From Nematocida ausubeli (lineage: Eukaryota): DNA of 64,000 bases. The stretch lies in contig NW_026515637.1 of assembly GCF_000738915.1 (NCBI RefSeq), forward strand, positions 620,001-684,000, read 5' to 3'. Of the stretch, positions 43,645 to 55,373 are shown in pieces; the first letter of the stretch is position 1, and the number at the start of each line of letters is the position of its first letter. Made by a program: the position numbers and the translations under genes. Below the pieces are notes generated by a model. It had not been told where the DNA came from, made no database searches, and saw nothing but the letters and a program-made list of their open reading frames with translations.

Positions 43645-44426
43645 CCTCTGCCACTTATAACTTAAGCTAAGAGTGTAAAAGGACTACACATACTAAGAAC
43701 AGAAAAGAATTCGGTAATTCTATTCCTAGGAGGCCAGCATGTGATAAGAAGGAAACTACCCCAGGTATATAAGAATGCAACACGCGCAACAACAGTTATT
43801 TTCTGGTTATATGTGAAGTAATAATTAAACCTCTTCTACTATTCTATTTTTACTTTTACTTTCCATTAAATTTTATTCACTGGACACGGGTTCAAACTAG
43901 CCATATCATAATTTGTAATAGAGACAAAGAGCTGCTATTTTAGCGAGCAATATTAGAGTGAGAATAAAAGTAACGAGCCAGAAAGATACTGTATTAGATT
44001 CGGGGTATTTAGGATATGTAAAATTGCAGGCGTCTTAAAACCTTTATCTTTTAGTTCTTGTATGCTCTGTGTACTCTTTCCATGCACTGCTTTTATATAT
44101 TTCTTGTGAAGTTGCATAAAAGTCTCTAGATTACTGATTATTGAATACTTTTGTAGATTTTAGATTAAAGATGCAGAGACATTCCTGACATTAAAGTAAC
44201 AATTTCATAGAAATACTACAATGAGTCACATGTTCATTTTGAATATTTCTGGAGAGTTCTTTTTTGTGTGTCTCACGATGCAGCAAGAAGACATCCTTTA
44301 TAAAACGACTTCTCTTTGAAGTATTATTAAAAACACAGGAAGATATTATATCACCATATAGACAAAATTTACATACTTTCCTATCTATAGATTAGAATTT
44401 TTTAACATAAAATATTTATAGATAAA

Positions 44427-47183
44427 ATGCAAGATATGAGTAGACAAAGAGTTACACACAAAACATGGAAACGTATCATTCTAGTGCACATCCTAATTAA
44501 TACATTTTATATGATAAAAGTACTTGCAAGATTGGAGCTTGAAGAGATCTTTGAGATCATGAGTCTAACATTTGGAGAGAATAATTTAGTAGTAGCAAAG
44601 GACGGCCCATTGAATTTCATGCGAGGATATCTATATTGTAAGAACTCGTATATCATAAACCAAAGACTATATTCGCCAAATATAAATATACAGCACTACT
44701 TAGCAGTAAAGGAAGAGTCTCAAGCCCCCAATTGGGATTTCTATGGGATTAGAATTCCGCACCACGATAGACCATGCTATAAGCCATTTATAAATCTGAT
44801 TAAATACAACAACCCACCACATGGTTTGAATGCATTTAGTATAGAAAGGTATATCTACCAATTAAGTAACGTGTTTATCTTAATGTTCTCAACTCTTGGG
44901 AAGGGTGTGGGAATTGAATTTCCAACTAGTAATGCATTCATTAGTGCATTTAGGTTAGATGAATTCAAAGATCACCAGAACCACTTTCTGGCAGCGCTGT
45001 TTCTGATGGCAGAGAATTTAACTGTGCCTATGCACATTGAGACTGTTGGGTCTGCCACATACGTTGTTCTTAAAAAGGGAGAAAAATCTGAAGAGCACTT
45101 TAGAATTGAATTGCAGGATGTGTTGTATACAAGGCAGGGGGTATATGGTTCAAGCAACCGCAACAAAAGTCTGTGCGAGATTGTTTTATTCTTTATGGAG
45201 TACTGCAATGCACCGGTTATTAATGCGTTTGGATTAAATGCAGATCCAATGACAGAGGACAGTTTTAAAAATGGGGCATTCCTGTGCAGCATGAAATTCC
45301 TCATACAAGCGTATGTCTTTGAATTTGTGGATTCAGTGCAGCAGGCAGAAGGATTCCTTAGGGCGGTGTATGAGATCTTAAATGAATGCAGTGGTATATT
45401 TGGCACTGGGCACGAAACTGCAACACAAATATTAAACAAATGCTTTATTCAGCCAACAGATGACTACAGAAATACAATTGCAGAGGATTATAAGAACGCA
45501 AAGGAGCTTGTTACTATTCTAAAAAAACAAGTTTTCCCTCCATTCATATCATTCAGATGGTCCAAAACCATATTTTCACTGCCAGTTATTCACAGAGAAG
45601 GAACTGCGTATGTGCATAGTTTTAAAAGTATTTTTTTGAATGGAAATGATGCAAGCATTCTTAAACTCATTCTTTCACTCTTATACAATCCAGAGACAGA
45701 CGAGTATGATATAAGCCATATTCCAAATCCATCACAGAAGTTCAAGGAGTTCTTCAGGAAGTATAAAAAGCCAAAAGAGTTCTTTACGCTGCGCATGTAT
45801 ATGGACTGGAATGAGGTTGTTTCCCATTTACCTAACCCGAATATAATATACCAAGTGCCTGGAAACAATTTAAGGTGTGGTTTTGTTAATATGCTTCAGG
45901 CAATTCGTGAAATAACTGGTTTTTCATCCGTGGATACCCCCAGACACAGAGACTTTGATAAAATCCTGACTGCAAACAAACCGTACACGAAGAAGCAGAA
46001 AAGTGAATTATTTGGATACATGGAATATCTTTTTACAGAAATATCCATTTTCACGCCAAGTATTATAAAATATTCAATGTTTCCAGCTAATAATAACTAC
46101 TGCTATGAAAGGGTAGAATACATTGGGTGGGCAGATATAATTCTAGGAAGCGGCTTAACAAGAAGAACAATCATGCTTTCCATATCTAAAACTAAGATAT
46201 TTATGGGTGTAAAAACTCCAAAACCATATATTTCAGATGAAGATGACCAGAAACTAGTGGACATGCGGAATAAATACAAGTCTGGCAACACATTCTATTC
46301 GCATCTGCAATATGAATATGTCAAAACAATTTCCATGCTAGTTAAAAATCCTGCAGAAATTTTTAGAGAAGAAGTTGCAAAATTCGAAATTACTAAGCTT
46401 ATTAGAAATAACTTTGTGGAATACAATAGGCTGCTAATGCTTGGGAGTGTGATTTCCCAAAATGTTATTACAAAAGTATTTATAATTTTTATTGTTAATT
46501 TATACCCGCATATACACCATGAACAACATCCAATGATAGTATTTACTTCAAATTTAATTCCATACACAAGACTTGATGAAAACATAAGGGAACATATAAC
46601 TGCTGCAATAGAGCTTTCTGGTCTCTCTCTGTTCTACCCAAATTTTATAACCAATCAAAATATAGATTCCTTTCTTTTCACAACTCTAAATCAATGCAAG
46701 ATAATCTACGATGAAGCAGATGCTATGAGAACTCCTTTCGAGCTATCAAAGTTTATTTGCAAAAAGATAAAAGAAAAATCTAGCCGCGACATTATTTCAA
46801 CAGAGTTCATGATGATACACCAATTTTATAATATCCTGATATTTTGGCGGTTATTTTCAGACAATTTGCCAGATAATGCCATAAAAATATTGGAAATGGT
46901 GAGGTATCATAACCCTTATATGGGTAGTCTGCTGAGTGACATTATATGTGGCGTTTGGTTGATTTACATGTATAGGTATATGCCAAGATTAACAAACTGC
47001 ATAGATGTATTATACACGTATATAATTGCACCAAGGCTACCAACAAATATTCTTAATTACATTATTGTAGATGGAGTGCCAAGCGAGTGCTACAAGGAGA
47101 TTCTGTCTATAATACATATGCAAATAAAAGAGAGAGCAGAAAGAAGAGAGGCAATTGAGTCCCTTAAACAATGCAGGCAATAG
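44427..47183 (+). CDS. Large secreted family protein (NemLGF1-like), divergent, 918 aa
   Basis: GPLNFMRGY, FLAALFLMAE, FLIQAYVFEFVDS, YNPETDEY, WNEVVSHLPNP, HPMIVFTSNLI. Confidence 0.9.
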   Translation: MQDMSRQRVTHKTWKRIILVHILINTFYMIKVLARLELEEIFEIMSLTFGENNLVVAKDGPLNFMRGYLYCKNSYIINQRLYSPNINIQHYLAVKEESQAPNWDFYGIRIPHHDRPCYKPFINLIKYNNPPHGLNAFSIERYIYQLSNVFILMFSTLGKGVGIEFPTSNAFISAFRLDEFKDHQNHFLAALFLMAENLTVPMHIETVGSATYVVLKKGEKSEEHFRIELQDVLYTRQGVYGSSNRNKSLCEIVLFFMEYCNAPVINAFGLNADPMTEDSFKNGAFLCSMKFLIQAYVFEFVDSVQQAEGFLRAVYEILNECSGIFGTGHETATQILNKCFIQPTDDYRNTIAEDYKNAKELVTILKKQVFPPFISFRWSKTIFSLPVIHREGTAYVHSFKSIFLNGNDASILKLILSLLYNPETDEYDISHIPNPSQKFKEFFRKYKKPKEFFTLRMYMDWNEVVSHLPNPNIIYQVPGNNLRCGFVNMLQAIREITGFSSVDTPRHRDFDKILTANKPYTKKQKSELFGYMEYLFTEISIFTPSIIKYSMFPANNNYCYERVEYIGWADIILGSGLTRRTIMLSISKTKIFMGVKTPKPYISDEDDQKLVDMRNKYKSGNTFYSHLQYEYVKTISMLVKNPAEIFREEVAKFEITKLIRNNFVEYNRLLMLGSVISQNVITKVFIIFIVNLYPHIHHEQHPMIVFTSNLIPYTRLDENIREHITAAIELSGLSLFYPNFITNQNIDSFLFTTLNQCKIIYDEADAMRTPFELSKFICKKIKEKSSRDIISTEFMMIHQFYNILIFWRLFSDNLPDNAIKILEMVRYHNPYMGSLLSDIICGVWLIYMYRYMPRLTNCIDVLYTYIIAPRLPTNILNYIIVDGVPSECYKEILSIIHMQIKERAERREAIESLKQCRQ

Positions 47184-47661
47184 CGCAATTAACGGGTCTT
47201 GTAAGAATCTGCAGCTAAAGTATTCTTTTTGAGCCTTTTTGTTCCCTAAATAGCCAGAATAGCAAGTATAACTAAATATACCATGAAGTATATTGCACCT
47301 TATGAGTGTACCCGTAGTGCACTTTAGTATGAATTAAAAATTGATTTTCATAAATATTTCTGTTTTTATTGGGCCCATATGACCGTTAATGCGGTTATTT
47401 CCTTATTAGGCCCCATTTAAATGGCTTTTTATTATAAATTATTCACCACTACATTCTACCTACTTCTTCCAAATGCATTTCCATGCATAAAAGCATAAAT
47501 TTATTTATATGCATTTTTTATCCGCACACACCAGAGAGGTCTAAAGCCCTTTATTTTTCAGAAGTGCAATAATTTGGATTAAAATGATAAAATACATCTA
47601 AATATAATCTAAGTAGTACAAGTATACGGAGTATGTTTATTGCATCGTTATTTTGTGTAAT

Positions 47662-48390
47662 TTAGTCTGATCTAAGTGGATATTCACTTCTTACTATTTG
47701 GTCCTTCTTGATTACGTACACCTCCAGGCCATCTCCCGTTTTCACATCTGTCTCAGCTACACTATTAAAGACATCCTTCACTAAAGAAATAACTTCCTCC
47801 TCTGTGCACACATAGTTCTTTCCCTCCTCGCAGTACCAGTTCTTGCGAGTGATCCAAGAATCAAGCATTGGCTGTAGCAAGGCAGTACCAGACCCATTGC
47901 ACCTGCAGGGTGTCTCTTGGTACGAGCCCACTGGATCATACGAAAATATCTTTGGCTCATTATTTTCATTAAACCCAACCAAGCAGCAATACGTGAACTT
48001 CGGGAAGAATCTGTGCGTGTATAAGAGAACATGCAAAAGTGCTGCGGCTTGTTCTATGGCCATCTTTTTGTTGTATTTGAACTGATATTTATCTATCTCG
48101 TATGCCAATTTACTGAAAATGTATCTGGAATCTGCATAGAACCCGGTTGTACTCAGAATGAACCGGCCGTCCAGGCAAAATGACTTTGTTGCTTGCCGCG
48201 TGTTAATATTGTACATTGCAGAGTGCCTTGTGTCTGAGGCAACTACACAGAAATCTGCCCCAACAATTGATAAACTAGTCCCAGAATTGTCTCCATATAA
48301 TTCATCACCGCTTCCGCATCTAATTACACCTGCTCTGTTTAATTCTGCTTCAGACATGCCTTCGGGCATCTTCTCCTTATATGCAAACAT
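47662..48390 (-). CDS. PRE7: 20S proteasome subunit beta type-1 (beta6)
   Basis: LYGDNSGTSLSIVGADFCVVASDTR, RFFP, FSYDPVGSY, QPMLD, DVKTGDGLE, terminal LRSD. Start uncertain (48390 or 48369). Confidence 0.92.
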   Translation of the reverse strand: MFAYKEKMPEGMSEAELNRAGVIRCGSGDELYGDNSGTSLSIVGADFCVVASDTRHSAMYNINTRQATKSFCLDGRFILSTTGFYADSRYIFSKLAYEIDKYQFKYNKKMAIEQAAALLHVLLYTHRFFPKFTYCCLVGFNENNEPKIFSYDPVGSYQETPCRCNGSGTALLQPMLDSWITRKNWYCEEGKNYVCTEEEVISLVKDVFNSVAETDVKTGDGLEVYVIKKDQIVRSEYPLRSD

Positions 48391-49136
48391 AAATATTAAA
48401 AACACGAATCGAATAAATAAAATAAACCAACCCATAAGAGATCCATACCAAAGCACTGTGCGTTATCTTCAGGTTGCATTTGGGTTATGGAGGCATGTAT
48501 TTCAATTGAGTCCATCCTGCGATTATAATAATTCCAATCTGTTTGATAATTAAATATTTATAGCGATAGAATGCACTCATATGTGATTCTCCCCAGGATA
48601 TGATGTGTTTACAGTTGTTTGTTAGGGAATACTTGTTTACAGATATATTTGACGCATATTCCGGTCATATTTATGTCTATATTTGAATTATATGCTTAAA
48701 GTATACTAATATGCTCTAATTATGCAAATATATGGGTATAACATGGGAATAGCTGGAGTTATGGACTCTCTAGACTTATGGACTACCTGGAATTATAGAA
48801 AAACCAGAAACTCATGTAACTTCACAAGATAAATGAGCTAAGAATGAATATACTTTATCGCTGCTGGGAATAATCCAAGTGTCCATAATCCATTATATAT
48901 TCATGTTATTCGGGTTATGACAGAATATATTTGGATTATTCTAATACACCTCAAATATTTCTCACTTTTAGGTGAAAAACAAAATCCTTCAGTTTATTTG
49001 CCTTTCCATCCCTGGGATTACACTATAGTTAAGCTCTTCTCCTTCTATTATTCTGGGCTATGCGTGCAAATAATTCTTAAACACACCTTCCCTTTGTTTT
49101 TCTAATTATAAGTCTTTTTATTTGCACTACCATAAA

Positions 49137-52100
49137 ATGAGTGAGAAAAAGTTCAGAATTGCATTGGAGAAGCAACTCGAATTATTCAGAACTGCAAATG
49201 ATTGGTCTGACTTAGTTGCATATCTAACAGGCCTAGAAGGCATCCTTAGAGTAAACAAGTACACGCACATTCCTAGGCCGCATCTCCTATACAGAAGGCT
49301 AAATCAGTGCCTTAACCCAGCACTACCTGCTGGCGTGCACATGAAAGCACTTGGCGTATACAAAATTGTCATGCCAAAGCTATCACAGGTTAGCCTGCTG
49401 CAGGAAATAGATGTGCTTACTTTAGGACTGTTCGGGTTTTATTCGCATTCAAATCTCACAAGCATTCCTAGCTATCTTGCGGTGCTTAAGCAGATAATTG
49501 AAGTGCTTGGGGACAAAACCATAAACATCTGCAAGAAAATGATTCTTGGGATGATTATGGGCTTGGAGGAAGAGAATAGCGAGCAGTACGGGATGACCCT
49601 TCAGGTACTGAATATTTTGGAGGAAAAGGTTGGGGCAAAGACTGTTTTAGTAAACACATGGGAGGCCATGGGGCAGTGCACAGAACTTGTCCCTGGGTGT
49701 CTTATGTATATTCTGCGGGTGGATAAGGGCCTGGAAGTGATGCGGGGCCGGAGTGACATGCTAAGCAAAGGGTTTGTGTCTGCCCTAAAATCAAAGGAGA
49801 TCATCACCCTTAGGAAGAGCTTTGATTTGCTGCTTTCCTACAAGACAGATGGTTTAGACTTACATCCGTATAATGAAGATGTGTCTTTAAGCGTATTAAA
49901 ACTGCTTTTATTAAAGGAAATCTCCCTCCTGAAAAGAGTGCAAATGTGGATCACACTTTTGATAAAACAGCCAGATGGGATTGACCTAATATTTGCATCA
50001 ATATGCATGTTATTTGATGAGTCACCCAGTGCGTGCTTTAAGATACTAATGGCAATTCGGCAAAATATTGAAGAATCGCCGGAAATATTTAAGCGCCTTA
50101 TACTGTGGATACTTTCCGTGATAGACGTAGAAAATGAAGTGTATGCAAGTGCATTCTTCAAAATACTTGATAAGCGGATTATTTGGGAGATATTTTTAGA
50201 TGCGCCACTTGACATGGAGCTCATAAAAACAGCAATTCGATACAACCTGATAGACGAGCACACACAAACAACAGAACTCCCGCTTCTTATAACCCGATGC
50301 ATAAAGAGTAAGATATACCCGTACGAGTGGCTGGATATAATACAGCCTGTGGACTCTGCGTATTCTTTGATTTGGGATGAAATTAAAGCACACTTAGAGG
50401 ACAGGGAGATAAATAGACTGCAGCCAATTCTGTTCTTCCTGTCGATTCCAGTGACTGCAAAGCTACTAGATACGTATACATCAGCTGTTAAGACAATTGG
50501 AAAAGTATTCTTGGAGTACTGGAGTTGTCGCGAAAATTCAAAGAAGGTGCACGCAATGATCACAGATTCTCTGACAAAGATTGTTGTGCCGTGTGAGTTA
50601 TCAGAAGAGGAGTGCACTATTCTGTATGAGGCAGCTGTCCTGGATGCAGATACGTTCTGGGCGTATGATGAAATATTTAATGGAAAGCTACAAAGCCTCT
50701 TGCAGAAAAGAATAATATACCAAGGGACTAGAGTACGCCCATCACTCGATCAATCTGCAGAACTAAGCCAAGCATTCTCTTTAGTAGATCAATGCAAAAC
50801 TAGCAAAGTAAGTGCACACTTTCTGTGCTTCCTAATTTCATTCTGCTCCTCGCGCAGTTATGCTGTCCGGCAGAAGGCCATAAACCTCTGCAGAAAAGTC
50901 AATGAAAATGCACAAATATTTACAGAAATATTTGAGAGCTTAAATTGGCCGTGTGAAAGGCAGATTGAAGAGACTATCTTCTTGGTGGACTGCGATTACA
51001 ACAGGGTCTTATTCGGTCTGCAGATTCTAGATAGCATGCTGGAACATTCATGCAGTTTCAGAGCCTTTTTAAGAAATCATCAAGAAATCCCAGAAATGAA
51101 AGTGGCAGAAATATCTGATCTATCAGGATACTATGCATCGGATGTACCAGTATGCCCTGCTTCCGTTATTTTACACTTGCTTCTAATGTATGCAACAGCT
51201 GAATTTACAAACTCAAAAATCATGGATGGGCTACCTTACATAGAACAAGCAGGAAATAACAGTTGTCTTGCCCTGAATATTCAAGAGATCAAAGAGACCT
51301 CCCTGAGACTCCTTAAAGAATTGGTCTGCACAGACTTTTCTTCAGTTCTATTTTCACTTCACACATCCCCAGCAGCTGCAATCCTGCAAAGTGTTACAAC
51401 AAGGCATAGCATACCACACGCCCTGGATATATTCTTCCTCTTAAAGAGTGACCAAGAAACAAGTGACTTACTGGAAATATTTATGCAAAGGGAAAATATT
51501 CGTACAGAAATCATAATATACTGTGTAAAGCAAAAAAAGAGCAGCGTCCTTCTGGATTTGCTTGAATTTATTTCTGGCTTAATAAAAGACTTTGACAAAG
51601 AAGAAGCGGCAGACAATAACAGATGGAATATTCATCATATTCAATATATCTTGCAGCACTGCATATATATGGGTGCATCTGGCCTGAAAAGTACGTGCTC
51701 CAATGACCAAAGCATCCCCGCGTGGCCAGAAAAAGGAGAGTACGTGTGTTATTGTGGTATGGAGTTTTCAGACGTATTTGCAGATGGCGGAATGGACAGG
51801 ATATCGCACATTTTACTAAAGACATACGCCGTAATATACAGTAGACTGTCTGCACTCAAATTAAATGCAGCAGAAAGTGTGGCTGCAGAGGAATACGAAT
51901 GCGAGAATAATTTGGAGATACTTTCTAGGTATGTGCTTGTAGTTCATAGTAAGTCACCGGGTATTCTGGCAGAGGCAATCCTGAGTGAGTACCTGGAAAA
52001 TCGCCAGATCCAGTTTATATCCATAATTGAGAAAACCATTGAGCAGCAGGTTTTCCTGCATATGCTTGGGAGTGACTTAAAGGGAAAGTATAAATTGCTT

Positions 52101-53318
52101 AGGGAGTGGGCAGAATACACCAAGAATGAAAGTATATTTATGTCCTCACAGGTGCATACGCATATTGCAACAATTCTAGCACAGGTGAAGATGTACCCAA
52201 AAACAAGTGATCTTTTATGGTTTTGTTCTGCTTACTTAAAGTCAACTAGTTCTGCAGCAGGAACTTCTTTAGGAAATAAGGTCTTAGAGTCTTCTGTTGT
52301 ATCTGCAAGTAAATTAGGCATAAAAAAGACCCTCCCAGATAAAATAGATAACACATCAGATATGCTTGATCTGCTGAATATTATTGATACGATTATCATA
52401 ACTGCCGTGAAAAGAGTCTATTCCCTGGATACATCTGCCATTTGGAGCATGCTTATACTTCCGTGTTATAAACTGCCTGTAAATAATGCTCTCTACAGCA
52501 AATCACTCGAAATAACAAGAAGCCTAGTGAAACTCCCAGAAAGTAAAACCTGCAGAAGAGACTTCTACGAGCAAATATTATCTGAAAGGTTTTTCAAGGA
52601 CACCCTTCCTAATATTCACATAAAGGTACATATAGGCGCATATTTAATTGACTGCGATAGGGTGCAGGATTTAATTAATCGTGCCAACACGACAAGCTTT
52701 TTCATCCGTGAATCAGACATTATTTCCAGGGCATCCTTGATAAAAAGAGTCCGTTACATGATTTTATGTGCCCCAAAGGACGAATATACACAGAACCTTC
52801 CTGGAATATTCAGTTTAATTAGTGAAATATTCGCAGTTTCAAGTGGCAGCAAGATTTTGCTTGTGGAGACCTTCCATCTTTGCCGCGTGCTTTGCATAAA
52901 AATGCCAATTGACGCACTGATAAATATGTGGCCCATTTCAATCAGTGAAGCCATGGATACTCTTTCCTCAGAGTCAGTTACATCTGCCAATGCATCCGTG
53001 GGGTATGCAGCCCTGCAGTTCCTGGATCTTGTGGCATCGCTGAATTATCCAGAGCTAATTGAGTTTAGGTGGCTAGTAGAAGGACTGCCGCATGCACTGG
53101 GTTATACAGAAGAGGCTGCCCCAGATACGAATCAATCAGATACCACAGGGCGCATAACCCACAGGAGACCGTGCATTTTAGCACCCGCAGAAGAGACCAA
53201 GGAGTCGCTTATTTCTGCAATTCATCAAGTAGCCAATCATCACATGCAGCAAAGGAACTGCACGCAAATGGATCATGCTGCGATAATTAATTCCGTCGTA
53301 AATGGGATTCCAGAGTAA
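49137..53318 (+). CDS. DOP1: Dopey family protein
   Basis: Dopey N-terminal signature DWSDLVAYL...RRLNQCLNPALPAGVHMKALGVY; C-terminal MWPISISE. Confidence 0.9.
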   Translation: MSEKKFRIALEKQLELFRTANDWSDLVAYLTGLEGILRVNKYTHIPRPHLLYRRLNQCLNPALPAGVHMKALGVYKIVMPKLSQVSLLQEIDVLTLGLFGFYSHSNLTSIPSYLAVLKQIIEVLGDKTINICKKMILGMIMGLEEENSEQYGMTLQVLNILEEKVGAKTVLVNTWEAMGQCTELVPGCLMYILRVDKGLEVMRGRSDMLSKGFVSALKSKEIITLRKSFDLLLSYKTDGLDLHPYNEDVSLSVLKLLLLKEISLLKRVQMWITLLIKQPDGIDLIFASICMLFDESPSACFKILMAIRQNIEESPEIFKRLILWILSVIDVENEVYASAFFKILDKRIIWEIFLDAPLDMELIKTAIRYNLIDEHTQTTELPLLITRCIKSKIYPYEWLDIIQPVDSAYSLIWDEIKAHLEDREINRLQPILFFLSIPVTAKLLDTYTSAVKTIGKVFLEYWSCRENSKKVHAMITDSLTKIVVPCELSEEECTILYEAAVLDADTFWAYDEIFNGKLQSLLQKRIIYQGTRVRPSLDQSAELSQAFSLVDQCKTSKVSAHFLCFLISFCSSRSYAVRQKAINLCRKVNENAQIFTEIFESLNWPCERQIEETIFLVDCDYNRVLFGLQILDSMLEHSCSFRAFLRNHQEIPEMKVAEISDLSGYYASDVPVCPASVILHLLLMYATAEFTNSKIMDGLPYIEQAGNNSCLALNIQEIKETSLRLLKELVCTDFSSVLFSLHTSPAAAILQSVTTRHSIPHALDIFFLLKSDQETSDLLEIFMQRENIRTEIIIYCVKQKKSSVLLDLLEFISGLIKDFDKEEAADNNRWNIHHIQYILQHCIYMGASGLKSTCSNDQSIPAWPEKGEYVCYCGMEFSDVFADGGMDRISHILLKTYAVIYSRLSALKLNAAESVAAEEYECENNLEILSRYVLVVHSKSPGILAEAILSEYLENRQIQFISIIEKTIEQQVFLHMLGSDLKGKYKLLREWAEYTKNESIFMSSQVHTHIATILAQVKMYPKTSDLLWFCSAYLKSTSSAAGTSLGNKVLESSVVSASKLGIKKTLPDKIDNTSDMLDLLNIIDTIIITAVKRVYSLDTSAIWSMLILPCYKLPVNNALYSKSLEITRSLVKLPESKTCRRDFYEQILSERFFKDTLPNIHIKVHIGAYLIDCDRVQDLINRANTTSFFIRESDIISRASLIKRVRYMILCAPKDEYTQNLPGIFSLISEIFAVSSGSKILLVETFHLCRVLCIKMPIDALINMWPISISEAMDTLSSESVTSANASVGYAALQFLDLVASLNYPELIEFRWLVEGLPHALGYTEEAAPDTNQSDTTGRITHRRPCILAPAEETKESLISAIHQVANHHMQQRNCTQMDHAAIINSVVNGIPE

Positions 53319-53810
53319 TCATATCCCCACATTCCTGCAATAAATTCAAATATTTTGTGACATTTTGTGGTATTTCGTAATACTCCTTGATATTTCATGT
53401 TATTCTGTGGTATTACATACTATTCATGATATTTCATGCTGTATTGTTCTAATCGCTGATTTATATATTAGAAGGCTACTACTAAATCGTATGAAAATAT
53501 TAAAAGAAGAAGCACATGAGAATAGTCAGAAAAGGCATCCGCCAAGTGATAAAAATACTACTTCCTTGACAAGTACCCGTTGATTATAGACTACTGCCTT
53601 CTGACTGAAATATTGTCTCCATCAGGGCACACCAGATTCTTCAACTGAGACAACTAAAAAGACTGTTAGTCCATGTGTGCAATATAAATGTACTGAAGAA
53701 TATGCAGTATATAAAATTAAATAGTTAGATATTTATTCTGTCTATTCATCATAATAATTAGCATGCGCGTGTCGCTATCCATGAACTACTCTTTCACTTC
53801 ACTGCCTCAA

Positions 53811-55373
53811 CTACTTTTGTTCTTTCTGTGCTGTTTCTTCCTTTCCCTTTGCAGGCTGCTTTGGCTGTGGTCTCATTGTAGGGAAGAACAAGACATCTCT
53901 GATATTTTGTGCTCCTGTCAGCATCATGACAAGTCTGTCAATTCCAATTCCCCATCCTCCTGCTGGTGGCAGGCCGTACTCCATGGCTGTGCAGAAGTCT
54001 TCATCAATTTCTTGTGCTTCATCGTCTCCTGCTGTTTTGTCTTTTGCTTGCTGCTCAAACCGCCTTCTTTGATCGAATGGGTCATTTAGTTCTGTGTATG
54101 CATTGCACACCTCCTTCCCTAAGATGAACAGTTCGAATCTTTCTGTTACGTTCTTTCTTTCTCTGTGTTCCTTTGCAAGTGGCGACATTATCTTTGGGTG
54201 GTTCATTAAGAATGTTGGATTGTTGCATTCACTCTCCAGGTACTCTCCCACTAATTTATCTAGAAGTCTGCTTGTTGTTCTGGGGTTGCTGCACCTGATG
54301 TTATTCTTACGGCATAATTCATCCAGAAGGACTCTGCCTTCTTCTGTCTCCAGGAGGTCTCCAGTTATTTCTGCCCCCACCTTCTTGGAGAGCTCACTCA
54401 GGATATCCACTCTCTTAAATGGTGTATTAAAGTCTATCCTTACAGTCTTTTCCTCTTCTGCCTCTCCTGCATTCGCATTTCCGTGGACTGTGTACTCGAT
54501 TATTTTAGTCCCGAATATTTCCATGACCATATTACTGAGCATCTCTTCTGTGATTTCCAAGACATCATTGTAGTCTGCGTACGACATGTAGAACTCGCAT
54601 GTTGTGAATTCTGGGTTGTGCGTTGCATCAATGCCTTCATTCCTGAACTGTCTTCCAATTTCGTAGACCCTGGGGATTCCTCCAATTAAAAGTGTTTTAA
54701 GGTGCAGTTCTGGGGATATTCTTAGGCTCAGGTCCATGTTCATTTCGTTCAATTTTGTGGTGAATGGCTTTGCGGCTGCTCCTCCTGGGATGAGGTGCAT
54801 CATAGGAGTTTCAACCTCCATGAAGTCTTTGCTGTCCAGGTACCTGCGAATGAAGCTTATGATCTTGTTCCTGACTACAAATCTGTCTAAACTGTTTTTA
54901 TTCAGGACTAAGTCTAGGTATCTTTGTCTGTATCTTAGCTCTGTCTCCTTGAGGCCGTAGTGCACTGTAGGATATATGTGCAGGCATGGGGAAAGTACTC
55001 TAATATTACTGCTTATTACGCTTAGCTCTCCTTTCATGCTGTAGCCAATTGTGCCTTCAACACCTATTACGTCTCCTCTGAAGATATCTTTGCACTTTGC
55101 CTTGCAGATGATCTGGATTGACTGTCCTGCTGACTCTATCCTTATGAAGGATATCTTTCCGATTGAGCGTATGGCAAGGACTCTTCCTGCGGTTGTTATT
55201 TTCTTTGTGCTGTACTGCGAGGCATCTATGGTCTCTGCTGTTAGTTTTTCCTGCTCTACCACTTCAATTATTGCTTTTATTGACATGCTCTCTTTAAAGT
55301 CGTATGGGTACAATAGTTCTCCTGACATGGCTCTGCTTTCCAGATATTTATATCTACTGACTTCTTCTTTCAT
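53811..55373 (-). CDS. KRS1: Lysyl-tRNA synthetase (class II)
   Basis: OB-fold, RYRQRYLDL, EVETPMM, GGAAAKPF, FRNEGIDATHNPEFT, YGLPPAGGWGIGIDRL. Confidence 0.98.
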   Translation of the reverse strand: MKEEVSRYKYLESRAMSGELLYPYDFKESMSIKAIIEVVEQEKLTAETIDASQYSTKKITTAGRVLAIRSIGKISFIRIESAGQSIQIICKAKCKDIFRGDVIGVEGTIGYSMKGELSVISSNIRVLSPCLHIYPTVHYGLKETELRYRQRYLDLVLNKNSLDRFVVRNKIISFIRRYLDSKDFMEVETPMMHLIPGGAAAKPFTTKLNEMNMDLSLRISPELHLKTLLIGGIPRVYEIGRQFRNEGIDATHNPEFTTCEFYMSYADYNDVLEITEEMLSNMVMEIFGTKIIEYTVHGNANAGEAEEEKTVRIDFNTPFKRVDILSELSKKVGAEITGDLLETEEGRVLLDELCRKNNIRCSNPRTTSRLLDKLVGEYLESECNNPTFLMNHPKIMSPLAKEHRERKNVTERFELFILGKEVCNAYTELNDPFDQRRRFEQQAKDKTAGDDEAQEIDEDFCTAMEYGLPPAGGWGIGIDRLVMMLTGAQNIRDVLFFPTMRPQPKQPAKGKEETAQKEQK